This document shows, one piece after another, positions 13,801 to 25,974 of a DNA stretch of 64,000 bases (its first letter is position 1; each line of letters begins with the position of its first letter). A model generated the notes under the pieces. That model was not told the DNA's origin. It made no database searches and saw only the letters and a program-made list of their open reading frames with translations. The position numbers and the translations under genes are program-made. Source of the DNA: Amoebophrya sp. A120 (Eukaryota > Protista > Dinoflagellata); NCBI GenBank assembly GCA_905178155.1, contig CAJINV010000008.1, positions 1,116,001 to 1,180,000 of the forward strand, in the 5' to 3' direction.

Positions 13801-16800
13801 TTTCCCCAACCGGCCGCCATACCGTGCGGCATAACCTTACCCGCCCCGGCACGGCGGGCCCAGAAAAAGCAAAAACGTGGCGCGGGCAGAGGTCGGCGGG
13901 CAAAGAAGCGGCGCCGGCCTCATTATCTCCGCCCCGGCGGCTATGTTTGGCGCATTGAAGTAGGGGCGCAGCACGCCGCGCGGCCCGGCCTCGCATGTTC
14001 CTGCGGGCCGCATGGCGTGGCGCGCTTCGCTGGAGCTGCCCGCGCCTCACGTTTTGGCGTGGCGCCTTTCTTTTGGCGCTAGCTAGAGGCCGCCCGGCCT
14101 GCCCCTTTCTCTTTCATATTCGCCGTCCCCCCGCACTTACATACAAAGCGCCGAGACCATGCCGCCGCTCCAGAGTGCTCCGCCTAGGTCGCGGCGGCCT
14201 ACCTTGCGCGGCCGGCTTTTCGCGAGTAGAAAGGGCGCCGGCGCAGCAGGGGCACGCGCGGGGCGCCCCTCACATCTTGCTGCGCCGGCGCGCGCAATAA
14301 GTTCGCCCAGGAGGCTCTGTCCCCATTTTCGGGGAGACCGCCTCAGCCATGTAAAAAAGGGGGGGGGCAGCAGGATTCTGCGCAAGCCTGGCGGATGCGC
14401 AGCCACGCCTTCAGGCTTTTCGGCTTTTGAGGGGGCGGCGAAATCTTCTGTCTGAGTGCCGAAAATCTGCCGAGAACTTGCCGAAAACTTTCCCCCGAAC
14501 TTTCCCGAAACTTTCCCGCTTCGGGATCATTTTCGGACCCGAAAACTTTTGGTTGACTTTTCAACTCCCGGTCTGTAACTTTTGGTCGACTTTTAAACGG
14601 GAGAATTTTTGGGGAAGGTTTCGCGGAAGGTTTTCGCCGACTTTTCGGGAAAGTCCGGGGGAAAGTTTTCGGCAAGTTCTCGGCAAAGTTTCCGGCAGAG
14701 TTTTCGGTAGAGGGTCGGAAAAGTTTCGCCGCCCGGCGCCTGCCCTTTGTTCCTGCCCGCCAGCCGGGCCGCCCTCGGGCGGCTGCCTTGCGCCCGAAAA
14801 GAGGCACAGCCTCCCGGCAGGCACGCCTGCGGTTATTGCGCACGTAGCCAGGCAAGCGGCCGGCTCCGCCCCGGCGGGCGGCCGGCGCTATGTTGTCGCA
14901 TGCGCCACCGGGCAGCGGATTCACGCCCCGGGGGCGCCGGTGCGCGTGTCGCTCGCTTGCTGCGAACCAAGAGAGGGCGCCCGGGCTTCGGCGGTTGCTA
15001 CCGACCCCCTGAACTTGGCGCGTTGCGCCGTTCGGGGCGCGTGCGGGGCATGCGCTCCGCGTACTCCACACTTGCGGCGGCGGGCTCTTGGGGGCCCGGG
15101 CGCCGCTGGAGTTGGCGGTGGTTTGCCCAAACCCATAGACGGAAGGAACACCCGGCCCGGCCGCGCCAGTCCTTCGCCCCCCCGCCCGCGACCGACCTAG
15201 ACCGGGGCCGGCCACAGTGTGCCGGCAGGCAACAGCCGCGCGGGCGTGGCGCCTGTGCACCGCCGGGCCCGGGCGGGGGAGGCGGGCTTTTGGGGTGCCG
15301 AAGCGATTCCGCCGCATCCGCCAGGCGCCCGCCGGCCGGAGCCGGCCTGCCTGGGGGCCTCCCACCCTCTGAGTGGGGGGGGCGCCTGCATGTTGGGCCC
15401 CGCCGGCCTGCCTGCGCGCCCGCCTGGAATACCGGGCGGCGCCGCCGCGGGTCTACTTTCTACGTGCCGGCGGCCCGATTGCCACCCATCGTTCGTCTCG
15501 CCCTTCGCTCGCCCTGCGCCCCACCCTGTCGGCCGGGATTGGGCGATCTGCTTCGTCTCTATCTGGTCAGCCGGGGCCTGTGCCTTTGCTGTTTCGCTTT
15601 TCCGACAAGCATACCGTGCGGTCCGACGTCGGACCGCATGGCACGCTCGACACCGTTTCGGGCGGGGCGAGCCATATTGGGGCGCCGGGCGATGTGGTTG
15701 GTGCACGGGCGGAACTGCGCCCCTGCGTGCGACGTAGGGGAGGGGACGTCGTGGGGGCTTACTTACCCTCGGGGCCTGTTTGCTTGCTACGTGTGGGGCT
15801 GCCGGACGGTAAGCCGCTGCTGCGTGTGCCCAGCGTGCCAAATATAGCCTCCGTGGCGGAGGTGGTGAGGTCGGTGCCGCTGGCTGCCTTGCCCGCCGAC
15901 CGTTGCCCTGGCCAGCCACTGCGTGCTTTTTCTGGGCCCACCGTGCCGCTTTTGGTATGGCCATGCCGCGTGGCTTGGCCGTCTTTTGGAGAGCATGGCA
16001 GTTCTTTGCCAAATTTTCAGAACCCCTGCCCGAAAGCCAGCCCCGGCGGCATGGGGCCGATCCGGGCGCCGCGGTGGAGCGCCCTAAAACCGAAGGCAAA
16101 CCGGGCCCATGGCATGGGGATTGGCCTCGCGCGCTTGGCGCGCTTTTGCTTTTCTGTGTTTTTTCTTTGCGCGCCGGCACCCTTTGCAAAGCTTCCGCCG
16201 CATAGAAACCGGCGAAAAGGTGGGGGCCGCTTTCGCGGCCGGCCAAATGCTCCGAACCAACGAAGCCCCGCCCGGCCCTGTCGTGCGGCTTCGCTTTTCT
16301 GATTTGCCGCGAGTTTTTTGGGGCGCTCTTTTGCGCGCCCCAAATCGCCAGAACCCCACGCGGCCGGCGCCTCAGGGGGGTGCCCCTTTTCTTTGTCGGC
16401 CCCCCTGCGTCGTTAGTATTATCAGTCGGCGACCGATAGAGCCCGGCGCCGGCGGTTCGTTGAAGTCAAACAAAGCCCAACAGGCTGGCGCGCTTTGATC
16501 TTCTTCATGTGGAAGAGCGCGAAACAGCAGCACACACCGCCGGCAGCTTTTGGCCGGTGGTTGCTTTGCATTCAGAAAGCTGCCAGGGTCGGGCCGTTTC
16601 GCGGTGGCGGCCCGCCGGCGGCAGGAGGCGCGGGCTGGCGCCGCGATTCCGGGTGTTTGTGAGGCTTGGGCGCGCGCGTTTTTTGGCGAGGGCGCGCGTT
16701 GCCGGGTGCCCGGTTGCGTCGGGTTTAGGGTCTGGCGGACCGGCCCCCTTCCCTGTGTCGGTAGCCCTCCTCCTAGTCAGTTCCCGGGTAGGCCTTCCGG

Positions 16801-17264
16801 GCCTGGGGGGCGGGTGGGTGCGATGGGCGGTCATGGCCTTTTTCTTTAGGGCGCCCGCGCCGGCAGCCGTTGGCTGCGTGCGGTCGGCGGGTACCCGGCG
16901 CGCGCGCACGCTTCGGCGGGTGGAAAGGCGGTCGCTCGGGCTTCGCCGATCACCCGCGGGACAAGAGGAGGCGTCGGCGCCCAAGACCTCGCAGGCGCCC
17001 CTGTTCTGTCGCTTGGAGTATCTTCACTGCGTTTTTTCGTTCTGACTCGCTTTATCAAATCGTTTTCAATACCCTGAAATCCTGAAAAGTCAAATGAAAA
17101 GTTTTGGAAAAGTTCGAATCGCCCGCCAATTAGCCGTTTTCCCTTGTAAATATCAAGGACTAGAAAACGGGTCAACTGACGTGAACGCAAATGCCACACT
17201 GGCAGAGATGCGGCCAGTGTCGCCGATCACTCTCGCTTCTATCACGCCTGCACCGACAAGCTGA
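10875..17264 (+). CDS. Hypothetical protein with hydrophobic N-terminus, interrupted by a 5.2 kb TIR element; exons about 10875-11984 and 17160-17264 (true start uncertain)
   Basis: The ORF runs into the left TIR at ...PTKNCVG. After the right TIR and repeated AGGA the same frame continues LENGSTDVNANATLAEMRPVSPITLASITPAPTS-stop (TGA 17262-17264). Confidence 0.55.
12895..12930. repeat. Perfect 36-bp palindrome; diverged second copy at 15610-15645
   Basis: CATACCATGCGGTCCGAC|GTCGGACCGCATGGTATG; copy 2 is CATACCGTGCGGTCCGACGTCGGACCGCATGGCACG. Confidence 0.95.
13244..16560. repeat. Diverged long inverted repeat of about 0.7 kb: arm 1 about 13244-13975, arm 2 about 15820-16560
   Basis: Colinear reverse-complement blocks, e.g. 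GGGCCCAGAAAAAGCA vs TGCTTTTTCTGGGCCC, AAACGCGCCAAGCGCGCGA vs TCGCGCGCTTGGCGCGCTTT, GCGCCCCAAAAAACTCGC vs GCGAGTTTTTTGGGGCGC. Confidence 0.85.
14468..14685. repeat. Central inverted repeat (43-bp arms, 1 mismatch) embedded in 11-12-nt CCGAAAACTTT-like microrepeats
   Basis: TGCCGAGAACTTGCCGAAAACTTTCCCCCGAACTTTCCCGAAA (14468-14510) pairs with 14643-14685. Confidence 0.9.
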
Positions 17265-18520
17265 GGATGAGGTCGTGCTTAGGCTTACTCTTTTTTTTAT
17301 TTCAGTAATTACAATTGCGTCGTGGTCGTGTCCGAGGGCGAGGTACAATCTCAATCTTCTCAAAGTCCGCACCATCTTCCGTGTTCAGCTTCATGGATAC
17401 ATCGAACGGAGGAAAATCGTCATCACAGGGCGCTCGGTGTTCACCGAAATGGAGGCTGTTCAGTCGAAGTAGAAGCTTTTGGCTGTGTATGTTGTGAAGA
17501 TTTTTTTTTATCATTTTTGGCTAAGGAAACGTCGCTCTTGTTCAAACATCGCTCTTCTTGTCGCGTATCGTTTATCATTTGATCGCTGAGTCTTGCTCTT
17601 GTTTTGCTGTGACGACTTTTTCATTGATTGGAGGTCAGTGTGAAAGTTCAGGTCCCTTCGCTGTGTTGTGCCGAGAGAGGACGATGTCAATGTCGATTTC
17701 CGACATCATGTCCGAGCGAGAACTGAGCAAAGATCTGATCGTCGTGAATCGCCAGGTTGTTGTAGTTCCGTCTCAGTATGATCCGGGCGGCAAACAAAAA
17801 TCTGGCAGCAGGCCCGTCATTGGTGCTGCAAGTAACTCAGAAATAAATTCGCTCGTCGAACATGCTTTGTTGCTTACGAGCTGGTATCGCCGCTAGTCAT
17901 AGGCTTTTGAGATGAATTTTCGTGGACCAATATTGTTCCTACACATTTTTTACTAGAAACAGGTGCGAAACGCAAACGCCCGCGCTGCGCGCTAATTCGT
18001 TGCCTCTAGGTTGTAGCGCAACTGAAGCAAATGCAAATGCAAAGCATGTTTGGTGTAGCCTCCTCTCTTCTTGCGGTATGATTTTTACTTGAGAAAGAGG
18101 AAGATCGCGTTCTCGACCTGCACTGCTTATTCCACACTTGGTCCCCCTGTGGAACTTCTTTCAGTGAGCTCCTCTTGGTGAAGCTCTTAGTTTCAGCGCA
18201 TGTTCAAGCGGCTTCTCTTGGTATGAAGATCGATGATGAACTGCCTTCACAGCCAGAGACTTTCCTTGCGACGAAAAAGATGTCTTTTCACTTTCTCGAC
18301 TTTAGTGCGATGGAAAATATATGATATCTTGCGAAGTTAAGTATAATAGAGCGTCGTAATCAAGAAAGAAAGTCGTGGCTTTGTTTTTATGACATCAAAA
18401 TTTTGTTTTTGCTGGAAGATATCAATCCTACATAAAAAAAGAAGAACTAGAGGCTTCTTGCGTTAGAAGCGCCGTGGAAGATCTCCTTGCCTCCACGACC
18501 ATCAGGGACAAAGAAAGAAA

Positions 18521-21500
18521 ATGGAAATCGATCAAGACAATCGCTTCGGATCCTACGCTAGGACGAACAACATGGCCTCTACTTCGGCCATGAAGCGCGG
18601 CGGAGTAGTTTCGCCAGGTACAGGCGTGTTAGACAATCGATTTCGGCCGCAGCTGAAGCGCCAGAAAACCATTGACGAAAAGGATGAGCATAACTTGACG
18701 GGTGGGCCACCGAACTACGGCTACACAAGTGTGCAGAGCACTGGCGCGGTGTACACGATCGGCGGAAGCAGCAGCAGCACTGCTGGTAGCTACGCGCCGT
18801 CAAGTACAACAGCAGGCGCCAACTTCAGTGCCCGCTCGCTCGATGCAGCGATGCGCGAACGAACCTACCAAGGCGCGGGATCCGCGGGTCTGCACTGGTT
18901 CAATGCCTCGAATTCCAACAACAACAGTCGTCGCGGATCGCAGGAGCGGTACCACACACGCAATTATAACCCGCCTCCGCGTGCCGGCGTCAATAATTTC
19001 GGGACCTACTCTTCCGCGAACGGAACGCACCACGACCTCCCGGGAGCTGCCCCCGCCAGTCCGCAGCGGGCCGGCGGGCGGCGAAGTGGCGGCGGTACAA
19101 ACGGCCAACATCGTGGTGGAAGTTACAACGGGGGTCAGCATAGGGCGGTGAGTGACCTGATTGGCTCCATCTGGGATGTCTGCAAGGCGGTCGAGTCTTG
19201 CGATCTGGAAAACTCTGAGTTCGCAATCGATGCTCTCGCTGTGCCGGCCGTTCTAGGTAATATCAGGTTGCTTCTTGCTACTTTTGTTTCATCGAGAAGA
19301 TCGGCGCGAGACCTGAAGAACTCTTCTGTGTGTTATTTTGCTTTTTAACAATTTTGTCTTCGTTTCATCTACTCCTGTGTCCAAGCCTGTTTGTGTCGAT
19401 AACGAAGACCAATGGAGGCCCAAACAGAGCGAAAGACAAAGCTAGGAAAATTTTTTTCCTCACTTCCTTCACCGAAGGTGCTCGTGGTTTTCACACCATA
19501 GCGCGCGCATTTGGTCTGACGAAGTTGCAGCCCACGTGGAAGGAAAGCCGGCTCGGACAGCGAAGGCCGACGCTAATCAGTTTCCGTCCTGGGCCTGCGT
19601 CAGGTGGTGTGAGGTGTGTCGTCTACGAAGATGCGACGTTGTCTTCGTCCTCCTCCAGCAGTGCCTCTGCAAAGCGGATGTACCCTCACACGACAGGCTC
19701 ATCTTCGTCGAGTTCTTCCGGGAGCAGTGGTAGGACCAAGATTTGCCGGGAGGTGACCGAGCAAGAACTGGAAAAGTTCATTGCGGTCGAAAACGAGCGC
19801 TGTGGCGATCGCGTGCTGATCGCCAGCCCGGTTCGCGTAGAAATTATCACGCCAGAGGTGCGTGACGAGATCCAGATTTTGGACCTCCCGGACTATCCCG
19901 CGGCCGGAGCGACGGGCAGGCGGGCGCGCACCAGCAGTCAATTCAACATCGGAGCAGGCGCTGGCGGACGGTATTTTTAAACGTTTTTTACGCGAAGGAA
20001 AGCTTGCTTCCTTGCAGAGATTTCATCCTTTTTATTTTTTACATTTCGACTTCGAGGTCGTGCTACTGCTACTGCTATCGCTTCCCCTCAGGCTTTCCAC
20101 CACAATGATAGATCAGCGTGCGAGAAGATGAAAAACAACTGATGGAAAGTGATCGTGATCAATCCTGAACCAAAATTATAAATTCCCAAATACAAGAACT
20201 TTTGATTTTCGCAGGCCGCTGCACTCGCAGACAGGTGGCCACTACCCGTTCAGCTCTCAAAATGCAAACGCCTTTGACCACCACTCGAGCGAGGTGAACG
20301 CTTGGCCAGGTTGGGTCCGCAAACTGTGCCGCGGCAAGCCAGTAATCCTGGACCAGCCCGCCAGTCACGCTGAGCAGGGGAAAGAGTACTTTCTGCTTCC
20401 GATACCAGACCTTATCTACGACATTTATGGCTCATCTGCCGATGGCGACGCTGATGTGAATATGGGCGGAGGAGCAGGAACAAGAACAGACGCGCAACAA
20501 GACCAGATCATGCATGACCTCCCTGCACCAGATGATCCAGGTGCGAATCCATTGACGACACCACGAATCGCGGACGCAGGAGGTGCTGCAGACGCGGACA
20601 TGAAAGACGTCGACGGGCAGGATGGAAACCACGGCTCATCTTCAAAGGGGGGCGCCGTAGTTGCTAATACCGTCCGCAAAACGTCCAACGTCGCCATCAT
20701 AAACGGCGACCAAGACGACCACGACGGTGGAGCGGCCGACACCGCACTTCAAAGCGGGCAAATTTTCCGGCCGACGAAACGGGTTCGCTTCTTCAGCGCC
20801 CGGGACAGTTTGGTCGCGTATCTGCTCGCTTACCACGAGAAAAACTTCGTGAACCGCGTCGCGCCCTTGTGGGGGAAGCTGATGCACTCGAAGCTGCAGA
20901 ACTTGGACCAGCAGCACCGCGAGGTATTGCAGCTCGACCGGAACATCGAGACCACTATCATCCTCGCACGCAACGCTGGCGCGAGCGTTGCAGCCTGTTC
21001 GTCGTTTCTGCTGGACGGCAGCATACGACAGAACTCGTTTTCAGCACCATCATCTGGGCAAGGACAATATTCCAGCCGCGGTAGTTCATCTCCCACGGTT
21101 GCTGGTCAAACCCTTTTGGAGGAGCTCGTGCAGTTTGGGAAGGACTTGGAGGATGAGGAGCTGACAAACTATGGCAACGCGAGCGAACCCGTTCAACTGC
21201 CAGATTTGCGGTTCCAAACCTGGAGACAGTTGGGACAGTACTACGAATCCCTTTCTACCGCGAACAGCGAGCACTTCTTCAGCGAGTCGCTGTCCGGCGG
21301 GGCCGCGCTGGCGCGCTTGCTGAAGGAGTGCGAGGCTAGTGTGCACTTCGCGCACCCCAATCTGCCGAACAAGATGGACGAGGTCTTGCAGTACTTGAAT
21401 AAGGAGCTGAGTCAGTGCGGGGGCGTCGGCTTAAACCAAACCACTTGGCAAGACGTGGTCACGAAGATCTTCCAGTCCACAACTCATGGCGTACTGCAAC

Positions 21501-23832
21501 GCCAGGTCTCGTACGTCACGAAGAGGTTGCAGTGGTTTCTGACACGCGAAAAATTTGCTATCGTAAACTGGATGAAGACCATCAAGGTATAAGCGATGAA
21601 GTGATTTCACCTCGTCGTGTTCTTATTTCTATCGTTGCTCTAGTACTCCTACTCTAAGAATATTCGCAGGCACTTCATATCGTTGCCATGGAGATGGATC
21701 TCCGTGATGCGCTCCCTTGCCATGATTTTTGCTGCTTTTTGTATACATCGATGACTATGAGTACTTATGACATCAGTCTACTTCCAGTGTCTGCTTGACA
21801 CATCATGGAAATGGCTCAACATCGCAAAAAATAAAATATCCAGTCGTCGTCAGACGAACCTTGGTATAGTCGGCTATATGGGCAACATGGGGAATTGTTG
21901 GAAAAGCGTAACGAAATCCGCAAGGCTGTCTATGAGGCATACGACGACGCCATAGAGAAAAGCTGCCAAGCGTTTCAGCGAATCGTGCAACAGATGCTCT
22001 CCGCGATCTACAACCAGCCCAATGCGTACGCATCATGGTTTTAGTGATGAAGTAGACTGTGATCATGCTTATTGCTAATTGCTTGACATGCTGGAATGTC
22101 GCGTTGTACGTGGTGCTTCTTCATCTGCCTCGTCTCTGCCAAAATTGTTGTAGTGCGAGTCTTCTGGTGACGAGCAGGGTGACGCTATTGGCGCTAGCAT
22201 GTCTACGTCTTATCATGGCAAGATGAGCACACTTACAGCCAGATACGTGGTTGGCCCGAAATCATGCGCCCCAAACTCACAGGTTCATTGCGAAACAGAC
22301 GATCAAGGAGAACGACATAGACGATGTGGAGGAGTTCACAAATTATGTCCTGGCCTACATTCAGCCCAACGAGGAGACGGAGCATCTTCCGCCGCAGCGG
22401 AAGATCATCCTGAAGCTGGATCCTAAGTGCCGGCTCAACATCACGAGGCAGATTGTCGTGGACTTAACCAAGAAAAGAAAAGGGACCGGATACTGCTGCG
22501 TGGTGGGCCGTAATCCGACGCTCGTCACCGAACACATCGACGATCTGCGAATTTCCTCCACACATTTCGCGTTGTGCGTCCACCAGGGCCGCATGGTAGA
22601 AAACTTAAGCTCAAGGACGTGTCCTTGGAGAAAGCGAGAAGCTCTGCTATGTATTCCATTCCCTGAAGAGCGCGTTCAAGCTCAGGACGATAGTATTGTC
22701 CTTGTCCTGCTCTAACAAGTTCAAGTGAATGACTTCTATTCGAACAACGACCAGGTCATGAATGCACCACACCTAAGAACATATTACACCAGGTTCTGGC
22801 TGACATGAGCAGCAATGGGACTTTTGTGACCCGCGCCGACGGGTTGACTACCCGCGTCGGGCGCGACAGCACGGCGGAGATTGCCATCGGCGAGCGCATT
22901 GGCGTGCTGAATGGACCCAGCATTCCGGAGGAGGAGCACATCTGGTACACGGTGGAAGAGTACAACCCGGACGGAATCAACCAAAGTACGATCATGCGCG
23001 GCGAACAGCAGAATCCCAATGACATGGAAGACGTCTCGATGGTTCAGATCGACCCCGCGATGGTGCGCCCGGTGGTCTTGGAGACCGACCAGCGAAAGCG
23101 GGTGCGGGCGGCAATCACCCGCGTCCAGGCCGAAATGGACGTGAAAAGGTATAAAGTAGACGCTCTTCTTGTTGTCGTTGTGGGCGAAGCCGGTCCTCGT
23201 GAACTGTTCCAGTTTCAAAAGGTTCTAGTCTTGAGCTATTTTATTTCCAACAGTACTCCTACCGCTACTGTTACTGTAGCAGTAGCTACTTGCTTCGTGC
23301 CCATGTGGCTTAATACAATCCGCAGCTGCAAATACCTTGATTCGTAGCCTTCCGAGTATCTGAAGCTAGTAAGTACTTAGCTATGTTGTATTCCTATTCC
23401 TTCCTTGATCGTTTGACATCTTCATTTTCTCAATGCCACAAACCACAAAACAGGAAAAGCATGGACTCACTTAGCAAGCTGGATCGTCGGTTTGACCAAC
23501 AGGAAGTCGAGAAGTACCTCCCTGTTGCCGCGGACCACATTCTGAGTGCCTTTCTGCAAATCAAACGGTGGGTCGCGACGCATGTTGGGTTGTTCGCGCA
23601 TGCATTCCTTATAAAACCACTGCGCAATCATTTGCTCGAGGCCATGAGCCACCTAACCATCAAGCCCTCGAGCAAAGAAAACATCTCCGCAGAGGAACAG
23701 CTCTGGAAGGAACACGCCGCGCACTTGAATGACATCGAGCGGCAGCAGCACCGAATCCAGGAGGCACTGGACGATCTGCTTTTCCACCAAAGAAGCATCT
23801 TACGTCGAGGCAAGCAAAGCTTCAACATCTAA
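18521..23832 (+). CDS. Multi-exon divergent dynamin-related (DRP5/ARC5-like) protein with an inserted FHA domain
   Basis: Approximate exons 18521-19256, 19478-19970, about 20215-21587, 21845-22025, 22282-22594, 22793-23148, 23453-23832, joined by GT-AG introns. Dynamin-like GQRRPTLISF, IQILDLPDY and LSGGAALARLLKE; FHA motifs VVGRNP, RISSTHF and DMSSNGTFV. Confidence 0.6.
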
Positions 23833-24873
23833 AGCTGCAGCATTGAGGACGCTTCTGACTGCCGAGTGCAAAGTAGAGTAGGTTAAAGTTGCTTGCTCGT
23901 CCTCTCCAAAATTATCGTTATTCTGATTCCTTCACTGAGAAAGTAGTCTCAGAACGAGAAAGTATTGAAAGGTATTCAAGAAGTCCAGCTCGAGCCTCAT
24001 CGTCGCGCTCGCGGTCGAGGTTGATGTATTAATCGCATTTTCCGCCCGCAGAAGTATACCTAAAGGTATGCGTCTGTTTCTTTGCTCAGGACGACATGTC
24101 GTCCTGAACCTGATGAAGATGTGTCGGGGAAACTGGAACAGAGCTGCTTCAGTACTAATCAGAGTGAGCGTACCGCTTCTCCTTTTGTTTGCTTCATTGC
24201 TTAGAAGATGTTCGACGTTTTCGTTTTGAAAAAATAAAAATCAATGATGTCCCCATCGCGGAATGGCCTAGAAATGGCTTTTATTGACGTTCACTTCACT
24301 CTCCGACCGCCGCAGGAAGAGGCTCGTAATTGATTCGACGATCAGAACCAGACGATCAGCATTGGCATTAGTATTGGAGACTGACGATGATCAATTTCAA
24401 TTGTTTCCATTATAATACAACACCAAATGAAAATGTAAACGACTAAAGCCTATTTTCGTGCACTCGCGTGCAGAGCCAGAGATCCACCTCCACCACTATA
24501 CTTTTTCTACATCACAAAAGATTGATACGGCAAATAAAGTAAAGTAGGATCTTCATGTTTGATTGATTTTATCGACAAGGCACCAAGAAGGTCATCATGT
24601 TATGTACACAGTGACGTTACTTATGACCTCTCCAAAGAGTAACAGAACCAGATGGTATCAAAAAACAGTTTCATAACGACATCAACACGATTCAGAACTA
24701 CTCAACACATACTGTGATCTCCGTCTCCTAGCGACAAAGCATTATTTGTACTTCTTGGGTCTTTTTTTATTTTTTTGTCGTAGCTGCACTGCATCTGCAG
24801 AAGCAGATCCAGATCATTTTCTTTTACTGTTTCTGTAAACCTTGACTGAAGAACGCCATAGAAAAGAGAAAAA

Positions 24874-25341
24874 ATGGCCGCAGCTTCGTCCACAGACGCC
24901 GATACCTCGGGGTGGAACATCTTTTACCCGAACTACTGCAACTCCGAGAAAACCGTGCCCGAGGGTCGGCGCCTCGGCAAGGAGCATTGTGTTGCGCACC
25001 CGACGGCCCCCGAAATGGCCGAGGCTGGGAAGCAGCTTCAGCTCCGGGTTGCGCTGGAGATGAGCAAGTGCTACCCGCGGGACTGGCTGGTCCAGGGGCG
25101 CGTGAAGGTCCTGCTAAAGAAGGAAGATGGATCGTTTTGCAATCCAGAAATCAAGACGAAGCGGGACTTCCTCAAGCAAGTCTGCAAGGTTATCCAGAAG
25201 ATGAAGCACCGAACGGACGGAGCAAACAAGAACGTCGGCCAGGACGAGGTCATGCTTGCCGTGGAGAAGGTATCGCAAATGGCGGGACCAAGCCAGCCCA
25301 ACAAGAAAAAAGACGACGGAAAAAAGAAAAAGAAGAAGTGA
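24874..25341 (+). CDS. SRP19: Signal recognition particle 19 kDa protein
   Basis: WNIFYPNYCNSEKTVPEGRRLGKEHCVAHPT...KCYPRDWLVQGRVKVLLK, then a Lys-rich tail. Confidence 0.95.
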   Translation: MAAASSTDADTSGWNIFYPNYCNSEKTVPEGRRLGKEHCVAHPTAPEMAEAGKQLQLRVALEMSKCYPRDWLVQGRVKVLLKKEDGSFCNPEIKTKRDFLKQVCKVIQKMKHRTDGANKNVGQDEVMLAVEKVSQMAGPSQPNKKKDDGKKKKKK

Positions 25342-25974
25342 AGATGACGAGCCTCGAAGAGCTCTTGTGAAAGTACCCTATAAACAGCGACTGACGACGC
25401 ATACCGTGCGCGGGCCCCTCCAGCAGGCCCCACAGGGATGTACGACGACTATTTGTGTCGTCGACGTGAGGGCTAGTTTGGCTTCCCAGTACACGTAGAA
25501 TTCTATAATTCAATGGTGTGCTCATGCTCAAAAGTCAAAATAGAACGCCATAATTCTGTCCACAGCTCCTGCTGCGTTTCACCGCATCTTCCCAGTCGAC
25601 GAAACTATAATTTGAGTAAAGTGGTAGTGGTCCAGGGCCACACAAAGCGATAGTGTGCCGCTTTTTTCAATTGTGGAGTTGGTGCTAGTATTCATCCAAA
25701 TGAACTACCACGCAGATGAATGTCAAACCACAGTCGTTTTTTCATACACCAAAAGCAAAACCAAGATTCAGTGTTCTACAAACTAAAGACAGTCACTTTT
25801 TTCTTTTCTGGTTTTCCGGAAGATGGAGGGACTGGACTCGCGGTCGACACTGTCTACTTCGCTCTGCTTGATTCAGGTCCCGGCATCGGATGAAATTTAT
25901 ATTTTGGGCAGAGCAAAAGACGGAAACGTCGGTGACTGATAATTTTCTTGTTCCGTTGTAGTCCATGACAACTT

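Larger units (their letters stand above)
11985..17154. mobile_element. Large non-autonomous GC-rich TIR (foldback/composite) element
   Basis: About 70-bp imperfect TIRs: left TATCTTACAAGGGAAAACGGGTAATTG...TTTTCCAAAACTTTTACTTTGACTTTT, right AAAAGTCAAATGAAAAGTTTTGGAAAA...CAATTAGCCGTTTTCCCTTGTAAATATC. Flanked by TAGGA / AAGGA. Composition shifts abruptly to GC-rich; no credible ORF. Confidence 0.8.

Noticed and set aside
12009-17085. Dozens of overlapping Arg/Pro/Gly/Ala-rich ORFs on both strands, possible transposase
   Set aside because: These are an artefact of high GC. There are no DDE, HTH or other recognisable motifs and no consistent codon bias.
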